NCBI GenBank assembly: GCA_052327205.1
Contig: CM126222.1
Coordinates: forward strand, 38,502,001-38,566,000
Source: Somniosus microcephalus
Taxonomy: Eukaryota
Direction of reading: 5' to 3'
Length of the DNA stretch: 64,000 bases
Position 1 is the first letter of the stretch. Each line of letters starts with the position of its first letter. A model generated the notes under the pieces. It did not search any database, had not been told where the DNA came from, and saw only the letters and a program-made list of their open reading frames with translations. Below, piece after piece: positions 41,101 to 56,419 of this stretch. Position numbers and translations under genes: made by a program.

Positions 41101-44100
41101 TCGAGTCCACTCCTGGGGGATTTACATCCTGCCAATAATAGATGTATGTGTATAGACACCAATCTTTCTGTAGGGATATGTATATGATAAAAAGAATCAC
41201 AATGTAATCTGGTTGTCTGACTAAGAACACTGCATTAGTCTGGCTCCTGAGTTACCTGGGATGAACAGCTTGCCCAGTGCCCTCAGTAAGTTAAGGAAAG
41301 GGAAATCATAATGAATTGGACCAGTGAGTCAGCAAGTTTTCTAGTGTGCCAAATACAGTCTAACCCCACTATAAAATCACAGGACCAAAGTGTTTTTGTT
41401 TGAATCAAAGCTTCATTTTGTTTTATCAGTGTTGTGCTGGTCAAGCTGAGGGGTGTTTATTGCCGGGAAACTGAACTCTTGTGTCCATTTTTAGGCACGG
41501 AGACTCATGTAATTGAGGTTGGCGTCCTTGTATAATGAAGCTTCAACAGGGAGAAGGGGAAACATTGAGGATTTGGAGTTGTAATCAAGTTTGACTGTAA
41601 ACTTTCAAGACACTGACAGAGTTTGTCAATGAGCCAAGCATTTCTCAATGTATATAGCTAACGTTCAATTTTAATTGAGTCTAGAAAAGCACCAGAGGAG
41701 ATTACCCCTGAGAAAACAGTAAAACTGCATTATCTTTTAGTTGTCGAGGTACTCCCATTTTGGCAGACCCAGTGTATTGCCAGTATATAGGTTAACAACT
41801 AAGTATACTCAATACATTGTATTTAGAGACTAGCACTCCTATTAGAGTAAGCTCCTTGTGCACCTCCTATTAATTGTCAAGGGAGTTACAGAAGGTACAT
41901 TTACATAAGTGTTTTGTAAATACAGACCAAGGTAGGTGAATGGACAACTTTTCCATACTGCATATTAGATAGCTACCTGAATGCTTAGAGATCCCTTTAT
42001 GTTTATTCACACCGAATGGGCAACACCAGAACCATTTGCACATCAAACATTGCACTAAATTACACCACTGCAATTTTCCATTGACTTGAATTTTATTAAC
42101 TGCAGTTGTTTTCTTAATTAAACCTAGTAATTATCGCTTGACTATGTAAGATGTGGGAATGTTTCCACTGTGAGTGGCTGTGTGCTAGTGAGCGACCAAG
42201 AATCTGATCAGGTTCATTATGGGGGATACAGCAGTTCTAACATGGTTGAAATATATATTGTCATATTTCAGAGTAATTAGCCTGTCTCTCAGATTATCTG
42301 CAGGTTCTAGCAAAAAGCCTAAATATATCACCAGTTTAATTTGTTGTGTGTATAAAGCATTTGTACTAGGGTGAGCCTGGTGTTTGTTTTACAAGAATTG
42401 GGGGTTTCATATTTGCAGCTATCAGTAATTAACCTGCCTGAACCAGTGCTCTGCTGATGAGAGTAACTTACAGGACATGAACTGGTTTCAAAATTATAGA
42501 TAAGACAAGGACAACCAGTTGAAGAATGATTCTGTCTCGTTAAACAATTTTACAATCATTGTGGTGGATTTGTTGTATGGCGGAGGGAAGGTTAATAATA
42601 AAAGCTGTACCTCATTCTTTTTACTCAGACATTTGGTACAGTATTCAGAAGTTTTTCCGACTATTACATTAAAGAGGCTGAAGGATGTTACAACAAACTG
42701 CGCTTCCAGCGGTCTTTCGTAAAGCATGTAAGACTTGCATTTTACTGAAAATCAGGGAAATTTGTTTCAGACAGCTGCAGCATTTCAAACGGGACTGTGC
42801 AGAATCTCTTCATGATCTTGATTACCATTAAGTAAATGCACGGATAGTGACTGGACTTAAACAAATTTGCAGGAGAAATGACTATTCTGCAGAATTCATA
42901 ATTAATTTAAAAAACTTGTAAGGGGAATTTTTCTAACAAATTATGTCGTTGAATAAATCTTTCCCACGACCTCTGTTTAAATGGTAATATATCTTACACA
43001 TACCATTGATAAATGAGGCAGTCCTTGCTGCAAGAATTCTTTCATTCAACTACCTGGACAGTGCATTGGGAATTTTTCTGAATGTGTGTCTTACAGATTA
43101 GGTTAAGATGTCAAAACTTAAGTCAATCAAGTTCATCAATTGTGATCAGTACCTCACCCAACAAATTTCTTGTATATAATTAATGATCTACTGAACTATA
43201 TAATATTGATATTGTATAGGAAGAGGGATACACCAATTGTATAACGAGTAACAGAGACTTTCAAAACCTTCCAAGATCCCTTCGGCAGGTGATAAAGTGA
43301 CTGTCAGTCAACTGCCTTACCATTGACGACCACTTTATCAAATGGAAAGAGCCCAGTGAGGCTCTGCAAGCTTGCGTGAGTACCAGAGAAATATTTGTGT
43401 AACCAAAGGCATGAGTCATTACACTATCCGCACATCAGTGACTTACTAGGTGTTTAGTGATGTTATTTTTAATTTGTTTAATGCCACTGTCCTAAATATC
43501 CCTCGAGGCAGTCACACTGAAGCTGACCTAACGTTTGAAGTTTGTACAGTACCAGTAAATCTGTTACTCAGAACTGCACTTAATGCTGGCTTACAGGTTC
43601 CCACAATAATACATTTGCCTTCATGTTCACTTTGTAATTATCATTGGTGCCTTGCAATGGACACTATATAATTCTAACATGTTTTGCATTGTAGTGAACG
43701 CCTTTCCACCTGACTTAGTTGTTGCGTGTGTTGCAGTTTCTCCGTTTAGGGTTACAGTGGTTATTGTGCCCTACTGTATTGTGAATTTTCAATTCAACCC
43801 TCACAATCCAGGTCATCTATAATACAAAGCTTTACCATGATATTTTTCTTTCCCAATAAGCCATAATGAAAATATTTTTTATAATTATTTGTCTTGCCCA
43901 ATTTGTGAAATTTTATTGTAAAACAGTTGATTGGTCCCAATGCTAAATCTGTTTAAGCACACCAAGATGACTGGTCAGTTATTGGTAAATTTGTTAAAAT
44001 AAAATTGTGGATTTGATCTTTGGAAAAAGTAGTCTACAGATTTAAAGACAGAGTACCCTTGCTACTTAACTTCTGTTAAGCTGTCCTAGACTTCAGCCAA

Positions 44101-47100
44101 GTTAATAGAATGTCAATTTATATTTAATCAAATTGAATTGTATTAAAAACTGCTAATATCTTCCAGTGGGTTTTGCAAGAATGAATCTGTACCATTTAAT
44201 GCTTTATTTGGCAAGGGATGTTATCGAATGAGATAAATGCATTCGTAAGTTTTATTTTGGCTAACTGTTTTAGTTTGAGGCTTTTATCTTTATCCTTTTA
44301 TTTCACCTTTTAATATTTATTTTAATTATCCATCAGGATAACATACCTTTTCCTTATTAACAACCTGCAAATGGGGAAAATATCAATAGTATTATCTTGG
44401 CATGTATTTTGAAAACTGATGCTGGGTTGGAGTGTGGGTATGTGAACAAAGATTCTTGCCTCTTGCAATTAGCAGGATCATTGAAGAAATGGCTTCAGAT
44501 GTTGAAATCTACACTGTTAAATTTGGAACTGCATAGTATTAATACAAATAGGGCATTAACTTCCATTTTCTGTTGACATATAAGGTCTGTGTCATTAATA
44601 GCACACAATCAATCCATTAGATGAAGGATTTTTTGGGTTCGAGAAATGATTATATCTGCCCATCTTTTGTTTATCTTGTTCTGCATTTCTGTCTTTCTTA
44701 CACACCCAACACAAGGTTTTTTTTTTTTAAATGTTACTGGAGTTTTTGACCCTGATTGTTTCCCTGGTCTGCAGGCTCTTGACCCAAATGCCTCATTAGC
44801 CTTACATTCTGGATTTTTTAATGGACAACTGGACCAGCAGCATTCTGGGAAAGGTCAGGCTAATATCCTGTAGTTTAAAGAACAAAGTAACTAAACCTCG
44901 TTTTCTGTTAGTTGCTTGACTGCCACCTCTTCTACTCTGAACAGACTTTAAGGCTAGACAGGTTTAATGTTAGGTTACACATCACTTCGCTGCCTTCGGA
45001 AATAACTTTGCATTAAAAAGCATTGAGGGGTTGCAGCATGCCAACGCACCCACCCATTCTGATAGTTTGTTGGAAGCACGTTGAGTGCATCTAGTTAAAG
45101 AAACAATTAGTCTCTTGTTTTGGAACTTTGGTTTGCTGAATAAACTTAGTTACTTTTTTTTAAAACAATGCACATTGTAGGAGGATTCTACTAGAACAGT
45201 CATTTGAAATCTGTCACACTGAGATAAACAATCCGAAATCTAAGTTTAGGTTCATTTGTAGAACATGAATTGGACATCGTTTGAGTTTCAATCTGTTTTT
45301 TTAAATTGATGTTATAGATGTGTAGAGGAGCTGAAGTATACAACTGGCTGCTGTTTATAAAATATTCTGGCTTCTACTTCATATGTTTTTTTTTTCCCCA
45401 TTAGATTAACTTCTACATTTGTAAAATCACAGATATGAGATTGTAAGAATCCAAACGAGAATTGTTGTACTTTACTATTCTCTTTTTTTTGCTTGATTTC
45501 AGCACCGCTCTGCAACATAACTAACGTTACGTACTGTTGGTAAACTTGAGTGGTTTGCTCAGCGTATCAAGTTAATATACTCCTAAGAGCTGTGATCTTG
45601 AACCATAAAATGTGCTTGTTTAAAGTTTTATGTAATTAGGCCACTGTGAGGCAAAGGACAATGGATTTCCTTAGAAAATGTTCAGCATGAAGAACGCTTT
45701 CTACTGCGTGCAATTAAGTGCAAAGGCGACGAGGAACTGGTGTTGTATAAATAAAACACTTTCCTCTGTGCATTAAAAGATTACTTTCTCTCCTGTATTC
45801 TTTTGTGACCATTATCCCAACAGGCTCTACCTAAGCACCATAAAAACAGTAGGTAGCAGCAGAATCACATGGCAACCTCTGTCAGCCAATCCCGTTCCAA
45901 CTCCTTAACTGGACACAATGCCTGGAGTGGCCTCTTCACAGCAGTGAAATTACTTCTGCTGCACAAACTCCTTTCATCTCGCACTGAGAAGCAGTGGATT
46001 GTTTTCATTCTGAATTACAGAGACTAATTGTAAGGGGGACATGGGGAGAGGGGAGGGGTGAGGCTACTGGGGTGGCCTGGCCCCTGCCGGCCACCACTGA
46101 ATGTGGCCACAACAGTTGGGAAAACATGGCTGAGCGAGATAGGAATCTCCTGCTGAAGGCGGAAACAAAAGCAATTCAGTCCAACAGGAACTTCATGTCA
46201 AACACCCATGTCGGCAGAAAGCCTTCCACACATGGTGTACCGCCAATTATTGTTCATGGCCATTCAAACAGCCCCCCTCATCAAACTTCTTTCTACACAT
46301 ATTTCTTCTTCCTTATTAAGGTTTGCTTTCCCCTGTAGCTGAAGTCAGCTGTATCAAAAGAAGCCAGTTGATCTGTAGGTCTCATGTACAGCAATAAATC
46401 TTTTTTTTTTTTAGTTTTGGACCAAATGAAAGGGTTATTTTATAGGTTTCTAATTTGGATGTTGGACACTTATTTTAACAATATGCAAACCTGCATTGAT
46501 GTTTATTCACAAAATTAAGGAGGGAGAGGAAAAACACCAAAGTCAAAGAATACAACCAGGACCAAACTACTTTCGTTAGACTTCTATCAATTATTAACTC
46601 TTAATGCTCCAGTGGCTCATCTATTCATCAGGAGGCACAGACTCAGCATAAATAGCTCCTATTATTCTACCAGGAAACTGATGCATGTTAATGTTGGCCA
46701 AAAAGTTATAATAGTATCTGACACCTCGAGGGCTTCTTCCCATGAAGATCCTTGGGTGATAAAGTAACTTGTGTGAAGATTGATGTTTCTCCAGTAAAAT
46801 ATTGCTGGTGAGGTTTAAACCATGTGGGTAATTAGTTCCCACTAATTTTGTAGCAATAGTTCTCAAATATCTGACATTCGTTAATGAATAGTTCAATTTT
46901 TTTTTCATGAAATATTGTGGCCACCGTTTTAATCGGGTGCAGATGAGAAGGCTTCAAATTGTGTGGTTTTACTAATATATGTTGGTAGTGCAATGGCTTA
47001 TTTGGTTTATGATATATTTAAAAAGATACTCGTCATTGAGTACAAACTATTCTACATTGGAAATATGACAGGCCATTAATGTTTACCTTAGTAGCTCATT

Positions 47101-50100
47101 TCAGTGTGTCTCTCATGGACTCCGAGATGCCTCCTAACAAGCAGCAGACAGTGGTGCAATTATTTAAATGGAAACATTCTGCTTTAATTGGTTGCTTCTC
47201 CATGGCGATGCCAGCCAAGCAAAGGAACAGTGGCAGAGAATAATCTTAGTTATTCTTGTTAAAACAGCAGAAATTGAACGTCAACACTCCCTCCGACTGT
47301 GCTACTCGCACGGTTTGGCTACAGTTAAAACCTCCCACAGTCTTGTAATATTTCTCCCACTTTCCAGTCATGAGATACAATTGCTGAGACCATCCGGGAC
47401 GTAACTGAATCAGTCTACACATGTGGAAGATTTTGCATGGGCCCAGTGACTTCCAAGACTCCAGCTTGATGTGGAAATTGCAACGCCAAGGGTAAGAAAC
47501 CTATGGCAAGAGAAGGGGGGGGGGGATGGAACAGCTGTGACATTCTTACCAAAAATGATCAAGGCTGCGGCACAAATTGTTTTATCTGCTGCCATCTTTA
47601 AAATCATGACATCGTATTTTTCATTACTGGCCATGGGTCAGTGCTGGATAAATGCACATTACTGAACCATGGTGCAATGCCTTACGCACCCCCCAATTAA
47701 TGGGCTGAATGTGTTGGCATGCGTGAAATACGGGGAATGCAAAAGCAAAACAACCATTTTTAATTGTCAAGTTAATGTATGGGAATTCCTGTTTAAAATA
47801 AAATGGCTGAGAAATTCATGCAGCGCCGGAAACTGGCACGGAACAGATGCCGCGTCTTGAATGCGCGCTCGAAGACGTCGGTCCTAGATTCACTAGAAAC
47901 TGGGCCTCGCGCCTGGCCTCCATAAACCTGCAGATGCCAATCGGGGGCCCCAGTGCAGCTCGCTGGATTTGGGCTTTGGGAAATTCAGCTGGTTAAGATC
48001 CTGAGCTGGCCCACAGGTAACTTCTGAGGGGTGGGCGGGGGTGTGTGTAGTAAACAGGAGGGGGTGAGCCCTGGCCGGCAGTGACCTGCAGTATTTTTGT
48101 GGAGCCAGGAGCAGCACTCCTGCTGCTCCTGGAGCCACAGAAACCAAAGGATAACATTTTTACATATCCTGCTGAGGGCGGCTCCAGCGGTCGCTTTAGG
48201 CAAGGCTGGTTAACCCGCTGTAGACCTGGTGCATGCTCCGTCAATTAATGACTAATTTAGAATGGGGTCTTAAAATAGGTGTTTGGACCCCTGCTTTGTA
48301 TATTCAAGATACCTAATGCTTGTTTCAGGCGGGCACCCCGGACGCAAGTGACAGTGACTTCAAATTTGGGGCGTAGCTGGGGACACCAAATAAAGAACAA
48401 AGGGACAATGCTCCTTTACTGTGTGTGTGTTTGCTAATGTGGTTTACGTCCACCTTCTGGAGTGAATTCGCCAGCCCTTTCCCCTCCTACCCATTCCCAA
48501 AATAATCCAGGCTGCGCTCAAGAAAGCTGAAACCTTTTGAGGCACAGCATCTCTAAAGTAATGTGTGAAGGGAGATAATTAACTCTCTGATGTTGGACGG
48601 TAAAAATACTTTGACTATTTTTATGATCATATAATACAGCAGGAGGAAGTTTGAATGTGACTGTTCAGAATTCATTATGAATGCACATGGCTGCATTTCC
48701 AACTGCTTGGCACCCAAAGTATCAATGGGCCATAAATGGAAATGGTATCCTGAGATTCACCACTCCCAACACTTAGTTACAGCTAGCAGATAAAGTGGAA
48801 ACTAAGAACGGTTACAATATGAAGGAGGCTTTCAAGATATAAAATGGATTGTAGTCAGTGCCTTGGAACTGCACAATTTTGATTTAGAATTATATGGATC
48901 CAAACAGTAGCTTTTGACCAATAGCAAAAGCAGTAAATCTAAGAAGATTGCACAGGAGGTACCTGTGTGATCAACCGCAAATGATTCTGCTAAACCTTGT
49001 AATGTAATACCAGCATCTGGTGCCCAAGCTCCAGAATGGTGTCAAGTTCTGCTTTGGATGCAGTTGAGTTGGAATTCCTATTTTGAGCTGATTTTACTGG
49101 CACACTGCAATTTAAAATACTACGGGACAGATAATGCATCAGGCAACAATGAGGTTATGCCACACGTGGCACTGTGTTGAATTGTGGGGTATGCGGTCTA
49201 TAATGTAAGTTGCGTTAGTTGGAAGCCAACAAGCCAGCATTTTGTTCTGTTTTTTTCTTTGCCAAGCCTGGACTGGTTTAGCATTGTTCTACTCTGCATT
49301 GGAACCAAGTGGCAGCCGAGTTCAGAGCTAGTCATTTGAGCAGGATGCTGTTAAAAGTTACTGAGTGGTAGAAATTATTCAATTGGTTATTTGACATTGA
49401 CTGAACAACATTGTTTGGAGAGAAAATGGTGAGAATACCTTGAAAATTACAGGTGGTTTCAATCAATTACTTTTGAAATCATTTTCAGAAAAAATATCAA
49501 ATCAAATCCTTTGGGAAACAGGAGGAAATTGATAAAGTGGTGGAAGCTTGCTTGAAACTCTTAGTTAAATGCAGGCCAAAGCAAAAGTAGTGGATTTATT
49601 GAGGTTGACCAAGGCGTAGTCTTGGGGTTTTTTTGTTTAAAAAGTGTGCAATGTCTTACGGGATGACCCACAATTTCACACATTAACATGGTGATGAGTT
49701 CACACACAGCACAGCTTGCTTGAAGTACGCATTTTTAGAAAGTAGAAGCACTTGCAGCCGGCTCCACATGACACCGGCGACAAGGTGCCACACTGCACCA
49801 TTTGCCGCACAGTTCGGAGCAGCTAGATTGTGCTTTTGCGGATTGAATTTCAGCAAATGTCGATCGAGCGTCGAGCCCAAAAGCGTAGCGTGACCAGCAC
49901 ATCGCCGCCTCCCGAGGTGGGCAGGGCACACCTGCTGAAAGACTTATCAGGTGCTATAAATGTAACCTTTTTTTTAAGAGAGTGTCGAGAGCTTTGTTTC
50001 TGATTGAGGCCCCAAACTGCTGTCACTTTGATATGCTTCTGTTTTTCTTCAGCGATAAGATGGGTCAGTAACAGGTTACTAACACCTCTGGCAAACAACC

Positions 50101-51249
50101 AAGATAAATAGATTAATCACCTCACCTTTAAAAGTCAGTGCTAAGTGGGCATTGCCGTTTAACACACAGACACAGCCTTTTGGTTGCAGTAACGAATGGC
50201 CTGGACTATAATTTCCCTCCATTTGCTGATTTTATTGTTAAAGTAGATATAGCATTAGCCTGTGAACGCCATTTTATACTTGTGCCTACATTGTCCCTAA
50301 GATTTCTGAGCAAAGGAATACGTATCCTTAATGTTTTTAATTCAGCCATTTTCTCCTTCTGTGAAGCTCTGTGCCACATTGCATTCTTCAGTTGGGGGAT
50401 GGTGAGAGAAGAGACTTGTTTGTACAATAGGCATCTCTGTCAGCACCCTTTGCACAGCACATGGTGTAATTTTCGAGTGCATGAGACACCCAAAGCAGTT
50501 ATTTCCTCCGCCTTTCCCTTCGGAAGGTTACATAACTGCTGTGCGGCACTCCACCGAGCAGCCTGGGCAAGAATGGACAATGCTGGTGTGATATTCCCCT
50601 CACGAATGCTTCAGCAGGTTCAAGTCATGCTATGAAATACTGCGCGCCTCATCACTGTGGGAAAGTAGAATGTCCTTTCCAGCAGTCAATGGAGTATGGA
50701 TTTTTGAACTCTATTACAAGTCATCAATTGTCGATTGTGACAGAGCCCTCCCTCAATGCATTGACTTAAAAACCCCTTGAAACTTTCAATTAAGCACGTT
50801 GACTTGAGAAAATGGCCTGTCGATGTTTAAAATACAGCTGTTTACGTCAACAGACAGATAATGCTTCACTTGACCTCTTTTTACAATTTTTAGACCTCAA
50901 TAAATACTGCTTCGTTTCTGGAATCCCTCAAAGGCTTTGCAAAAATGTAATTAATCACCAGCCTAGTAGAGAGGAATTCTTCTTGGACCCTCTTGAAATT
51001 TTAAGGAATTGCAATTTACTTCACCTTTTGAATAGAAATGTAGAAATCCCAGCTCATTGTGCTCACTCTTGTTTATTGAATGGAATCTAGCAACCCACCA
51101 CTAAGAAATGCCCAGTAACTTCACGTAATAATGAATCTGTGCATGGAACCATGCACTCGAGCAGCAGTGCACTGAGTCGCAGGGCACAGGTGTGTGCCAG
51201 ATGTTTCCCCAACATGCTTGGGCTCCAGATCCGTGTTCTCATCAGGTCA

Positions 51250-51572
51250 TCATTTTCATGTCTTCTGGCCGTTGCCTTTGGGGAACAATGTGAAGTAGTG
51301 GAAGGATTCGCAGCCTGACTGGTCACGTTAACGCTCCTTCCATGGCCCTAACCATCTTTCTACCAGCCGATAGGGTGGTTAGTCCTATATGGCTCCCACA
51401 ACCCATACGATGAGGGGGGAGAGGCCACCCACACCCACACCCACCAGATGCGAGTATCCCGCTGGATGGCAACCCAGAACTCCAAGCCGGAGCTCCAGCT
51501 CCGCTCGCTGGGACTGTCTGGAGTGGGACTCGGAGGCGGGAATGCTACCATTGCGCCAAAGGCTCACTCCCT
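51250..51572 (-). mobile_element. tRNA-derived SINE with intact A box and deleted B box
   Basis: Minus strand gcctttggcgcaatggtagcattcccgcctccgagtcccactccaga, similar to the head of the 26.3 kb SINE but collapsed; different, GC-rich body. 3' boundary approximate. Confidence 0.55.
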
Positions 51573-54500
51573 TAGAGACTAGGTAAAATCTGAGAGTGTC
51601 GCCATACGATGTTCTGACAATAGTCCTCTGTTTACTTTACCTGACCCTGCCTTGCCAGTCAAGCCCCATTGGAACCTGGAGACTAGTTAATGGAGACCAT
51701 TATTAAAAGAGAGAGAATGTGCTTCTGTGGTTTTAACATTTAAGTGGAGACCATGTGGAAGCTTGTGTGACCCATGAATATATTGCGTCTCTAGAATTGC
51801 TCTGCTTCGCCATCAACTGTGGGAGTACTGTGCATGTGCAGTAAAATGCACTTACTTAATATCCAAGTATATAAATGAAAAGCACAGGTGTTCCTAGGTT
51901 TGACAGGACTGTACAAGTTGAGTGCACTAGGATCTAGAAAGGCTAATCTGCCTTAATTGAATTTATATAGTAGTTCATCACAAAACATTCATCTATTGCA
52001 GATTCTTTCCCGAACAAGCTTTGGCATGCTCTATTTAAAAAAATATATATATATATAACCCATGCCTTATGACTGGAGAGTTTCCGATTTGGCAATGATG
52101 TGAATGCTCACTTGTACATTACCGCCTTTCAGTACAAACCATATGTAAGCAAGAGTAATCGCCCTTTGTAATCTGCCATTTGACATCACCTATTTGGAGT
52201 ATAGGTTAATGAAGCAAGTTTGCTGTTAACAAGCCTTTAGTTTAATTCAAAAATTAATTTTTTCTAACTGATGGCTGGCTGGGTGTCCAGGACAGCTATG
52301 TTCTAAGGCGGTGGAATAGCAGAGTAGTTCCTCATGACTGATTTGCTGTAAAGCAAAATGTTGTTGTAAATCCATTTTGTGGCACAGCTCGTAAATTTAA
52401 TATTTTTAATAATACCTTTAACAAAAGTGATAAAAATAATTGGAAAACAATTGAATGTCTGTGGTCCTGTTTTATTGGTCAAGAGAGACCAGTAATATTC
52501 TTGCACATTGATGGTGTAATGCTTTAAATTATTTCAAGGATTAAGGTAAAAACAAGCGTCTAGATGAAGCTGGCTTTAATGTTAGTTTGGAAATGAGAGC
52601 TAGGTTTTTGTTTGGGTACTGGTTGAAGCACTATTGAGATAAAATAGAGGATCTTTTTTGGGTAAGGTTGTATTGGTAAAATGTCTTGTGGGAGATTTGA
52701 TCTTTATTCCCAGTTAACTGTATAACACAATCAATGACTTCATTGCATTGCCAATACCTGACACATTTATAATTTACGTCAAAGCCATGTTATAAAAGCT
52801 TGCATCACAATTATAGTGCATGCATCAGAATATTTGTGTAATGATCAACATGGCAGTGATGTTGAGTTTTGCAGCAGGCTACTCAAAACTTGAGCCTCCC
52901 TGAAAAATCTGTGATGGGGCTTTTCCTCTTCTAAAAGCTAGGTCCTAATTGTAGTGTGCTTTTTGACTCATTGAGCATTATACCTGATGAATTTTTAATG
53001 GCTTGGAGCAAATTAAAATGACTGCGCACTGATTCGAATCAAGCCCAAAGTTAGCTGGTGGGTTAAGAATCCTAGTTTTTTTTTTTCCTTTTAACATTTT
53101 TTGTTGTGTAAAGGTCCAACAAAATGGGTTGGCTGCAAAAACCATAGATCAAAACTTTCTGTTCAGCAGATTAAAGCTGTAATCACATGTCTATGTTCAG
53201 AGAAGCATGTTTTGCTTTAGTCAACCTCTTCACTTAAATGAACCTTTGTTTGACACGGATCTTGAAGACTGCCTTTTGATGTTTGGTTGGTTTAGGCACA
53301 TCTTCAAAGCATTAGTGCATCTTTTTAAAATTCTGAATGGTGCATGACACTTATTTAGTATAGGACGAGGCTCCTCTACCTAGCAATTGTTGATAGAACC
53401 AGGTATACTAGTCCAGAATAAAAGAGGCTACTGAGGTCTGCTGCTTGCTTCCTGTAGTAGGCCTTTCAGCTTTGTCTGCTGGAGTTGAAAAGTAAATGAA
53501 AAAACAAAAGTCTTGAAAGCAGGACTGAAGTAACGTGAATGAACACCTGTTTGCTGATGAAATCTCTGAATACCTATACCTTATAAATCATATCGATGCA
53601 GCCTCTCTTTTTATCTAATGGTGAATCAGGCTCCTTAGTCTTTTGTTGCCTTCAAACCATTGAAATCATAAGCAAGCATATTACTGACCACACACTTTTT
53701 CCCGGCATTTTACGCAAGTGTGTTGATGTAAGTGTTCACTTTATTCCTTTCAGAATGTTAAATTCAAACGGCCATTGTGCTTAAAATGAATCCGATCCCA
53801 GTTTATAGCAAGGTAATTTTTTTTAACATTCAAACCATTGCCAGAACTCCTACTTCCAGTGGCATAACTGAACATATGCTTCTCCAGTAATGGGTAATCT
53901 GAGTGGATGTCCTATTCCATGCACAGCACATATAGCATCTACTCTATATTGTACTGGGAGCCGTACAAAATTGTTTTATGGTTTATTGATGCGTCAGCCG
54001 TAAACAATGTACATTCTCAGGTTGTGCCATGCTTAGGAATATTATGCTGAAGTAGTTAATATATTTGTGGTTAGCTGCAGATGACGTGTGAATTTTCCTG
54101 TATTTTGTCCATGTTGGTCACTGCTGTGTCCTGCTGCTTTTCAGAATTCAATCTTGGTCAGATTGTTAAACCTCACTAAAATAACAAAGGTTATAAAATA
54201 TAAGCTATACTAGCTGCTTAGTGTCACTGAGCCCGACGGCCCAGGTTATGCTACCAACTCTGTATCTCCATAAGTGCTAAAATGGCAGTTCAATTTTAGT
54301 GTCACAGAAGAGCCAATGGAAACTCTCTTGAAGCTTGGAGTTATACTGCACTTGGTGCAATGCGCCGGTGATCTTGTACCGCCTGCCTAAATTTGATTTG
54401 GGTGACTTCATACCTGAATTATGTCACACATTTGCTGCAAAACTGATACACCTTCACATCAATGCGAATTGGGTAACATAACCGGCCTACAAGTGAAGTG

Positions 54501-56419
54501 ACAAGTGCTAAGGATCTATATTATGATTGTGTCAGAGGGCTGTGAATTAAGTTGTATATTTAGATGAGACCCTTCTTTTAAACAGTCCTGTTCAAGCAAG
54601 CCTTCAGCATAAAAACACTCCCTTAGATGTCTAAAGGCATTTTATATGGAATATAAACAGAGTGAATTTGTAGGGTGGAGATGAAGCATTAAAAGAGATT
54701 AGTAAATCTGTTTTAATGCAGAATACTGAATCTGAATTCCAATGCTTCATATAGCTGATCAGTGTTTGAGTTTGAGAAAGATTAATGGAAGTTCTTGTAT
54801 ATAGTGCCGAGACCCGAGATATCAGTAAATAAACAGAATAAGAATCTTTTTAGTGTCTGTTGATTAAGTATTTTTCAAAGTTGATGCGAAAAATATCTAA
54901 TGCCCCCTGATCCTAAGCACTAATTTACCAAACACTTTATTCCTGTTTCTATGAAATGTCCCAGAGCTTTTTTAAAATAATGCTCAGAACACTAAATACA
55001 GTTATTCTACAGCACATTTCTACTCATTTAATTTTTGTACACCATATCTGGTATAGTTCAGATTGAATTACTGAACCAGGTGGACCATAATACAAAGATT
55101 GCCAATTTTTATCTGCAGTTAATTGAAATATTATCCAAATAGAACATTTCTTAGTGACCTATTGTTTGCTAAAGTTCAGCTATCTTTATTTAGTGCAATG
55201 TTAAAGGGATTTTTTTCCTGTCAAGATGACATTAATACCAATTAAAAGCTCTAAGAACCTAAAATATGACTGACGACTGATGGAAATGAGCACACTGGAC
55301 TCTCACTGTTCCTTTTAACTTTGTCCCTAGGAGTATTCCAATCCGTCAAGCTCGGCAGTTTTTTTTTACATTAACTCACTGGTTAGCTTTTTCTTTAATC
55401 TGAGGGAGCCCACAAGTATCTATCCATAACACTCGTGCAGAAGGTGCGCTAGATTCCTGCCATAGCAGAGGATTTGTTGCAGTTGAATAAAAAAAAATCA
55501 AACATTTGCAAATCCCCTACTCTCCTGTTGACAATAGTCAGTGAATGTCCCTCTGAGAAACATTAGCAGATTAGCACAGAGCCCCTCTGTGCAGACAAAA
55601 CCTCCAGTAAAGGCGTTAGGCCCAGAGATTGGATTATAAAATGGCCACCTGCTATTGAGACTTTTTGTCTATCCTTGTTCCCTTTCTCTAATATTTAAAG
55701 ATCCAGGACTTATTGCTCATTTTATATTGCGTCTTGAACTTTGCATTTTATTTCTCCCAAACTTTGTGCCTTAATGTGGAATGATTCCAAGTACTGTAGT
55801 TAATTTGCAAAGTAGGCCAACCTGTTCTTAGACTAAGACAGGTCTTTACAGGTATTAGTAGAAAATGCTGTTGGTGAATATTTTTCTTGAAAGATACTAA
55901 CAAATGTGTGATCCCTAAATATAATTGCTAGGAAGTTAACAAAGCCAATGCAGATCGTGCAATAGAATGAACATGATTACTGCATTGGAACATATGTTCC
56001 AATGGTTGCGCTCAAAGTAATTCATAGTATGAAGCACTTTGAGACATCTTTAGATGTGTTAGATAAATTTGGGGGAGAAAGAAGTCCAGTCTACTCTTAA
56101 TTCAAAGTTGCTTAATTCAAATCTTGCTGATTAAATTTTCGAGAGCTAAATTCCCATTTTGCTGCGTTTACATTGTTTAATTCAAATGATTGGGTTTTGA
56201 TACAAATTGTTTATTTGATTTAACAGGAATGGTGTGTACTTTGATTTGCCATCAGACTAAATAATTGAATCATGTGCAATTGACAATTTGCTGAAGTGCA
56301 GCTGCAAGAAATTTGCAAATTCACCATAACTCCACTGCATCAATTGCCTTTCCAATTTACAGAAATTCTGATCCTAAAGCACTTTACCACGTCAGAACTT
56401 TACAGCACCGAGATGTGGG

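Noticed and set aside
47620-48380. GC-richer intronic patch resembling an old DNA-transposon remnant (similar patches at ~49.7 and ~50.5 kb)
   Set aside because: I could not define TIRs, a TSD or coding motifs, so it is not annotated.
51195-51250. Minus-strand CTGATGAG...GAAAC motif
   Set aside because: Stem II does not close next to GAAA, and there is no stem I/III pairing.
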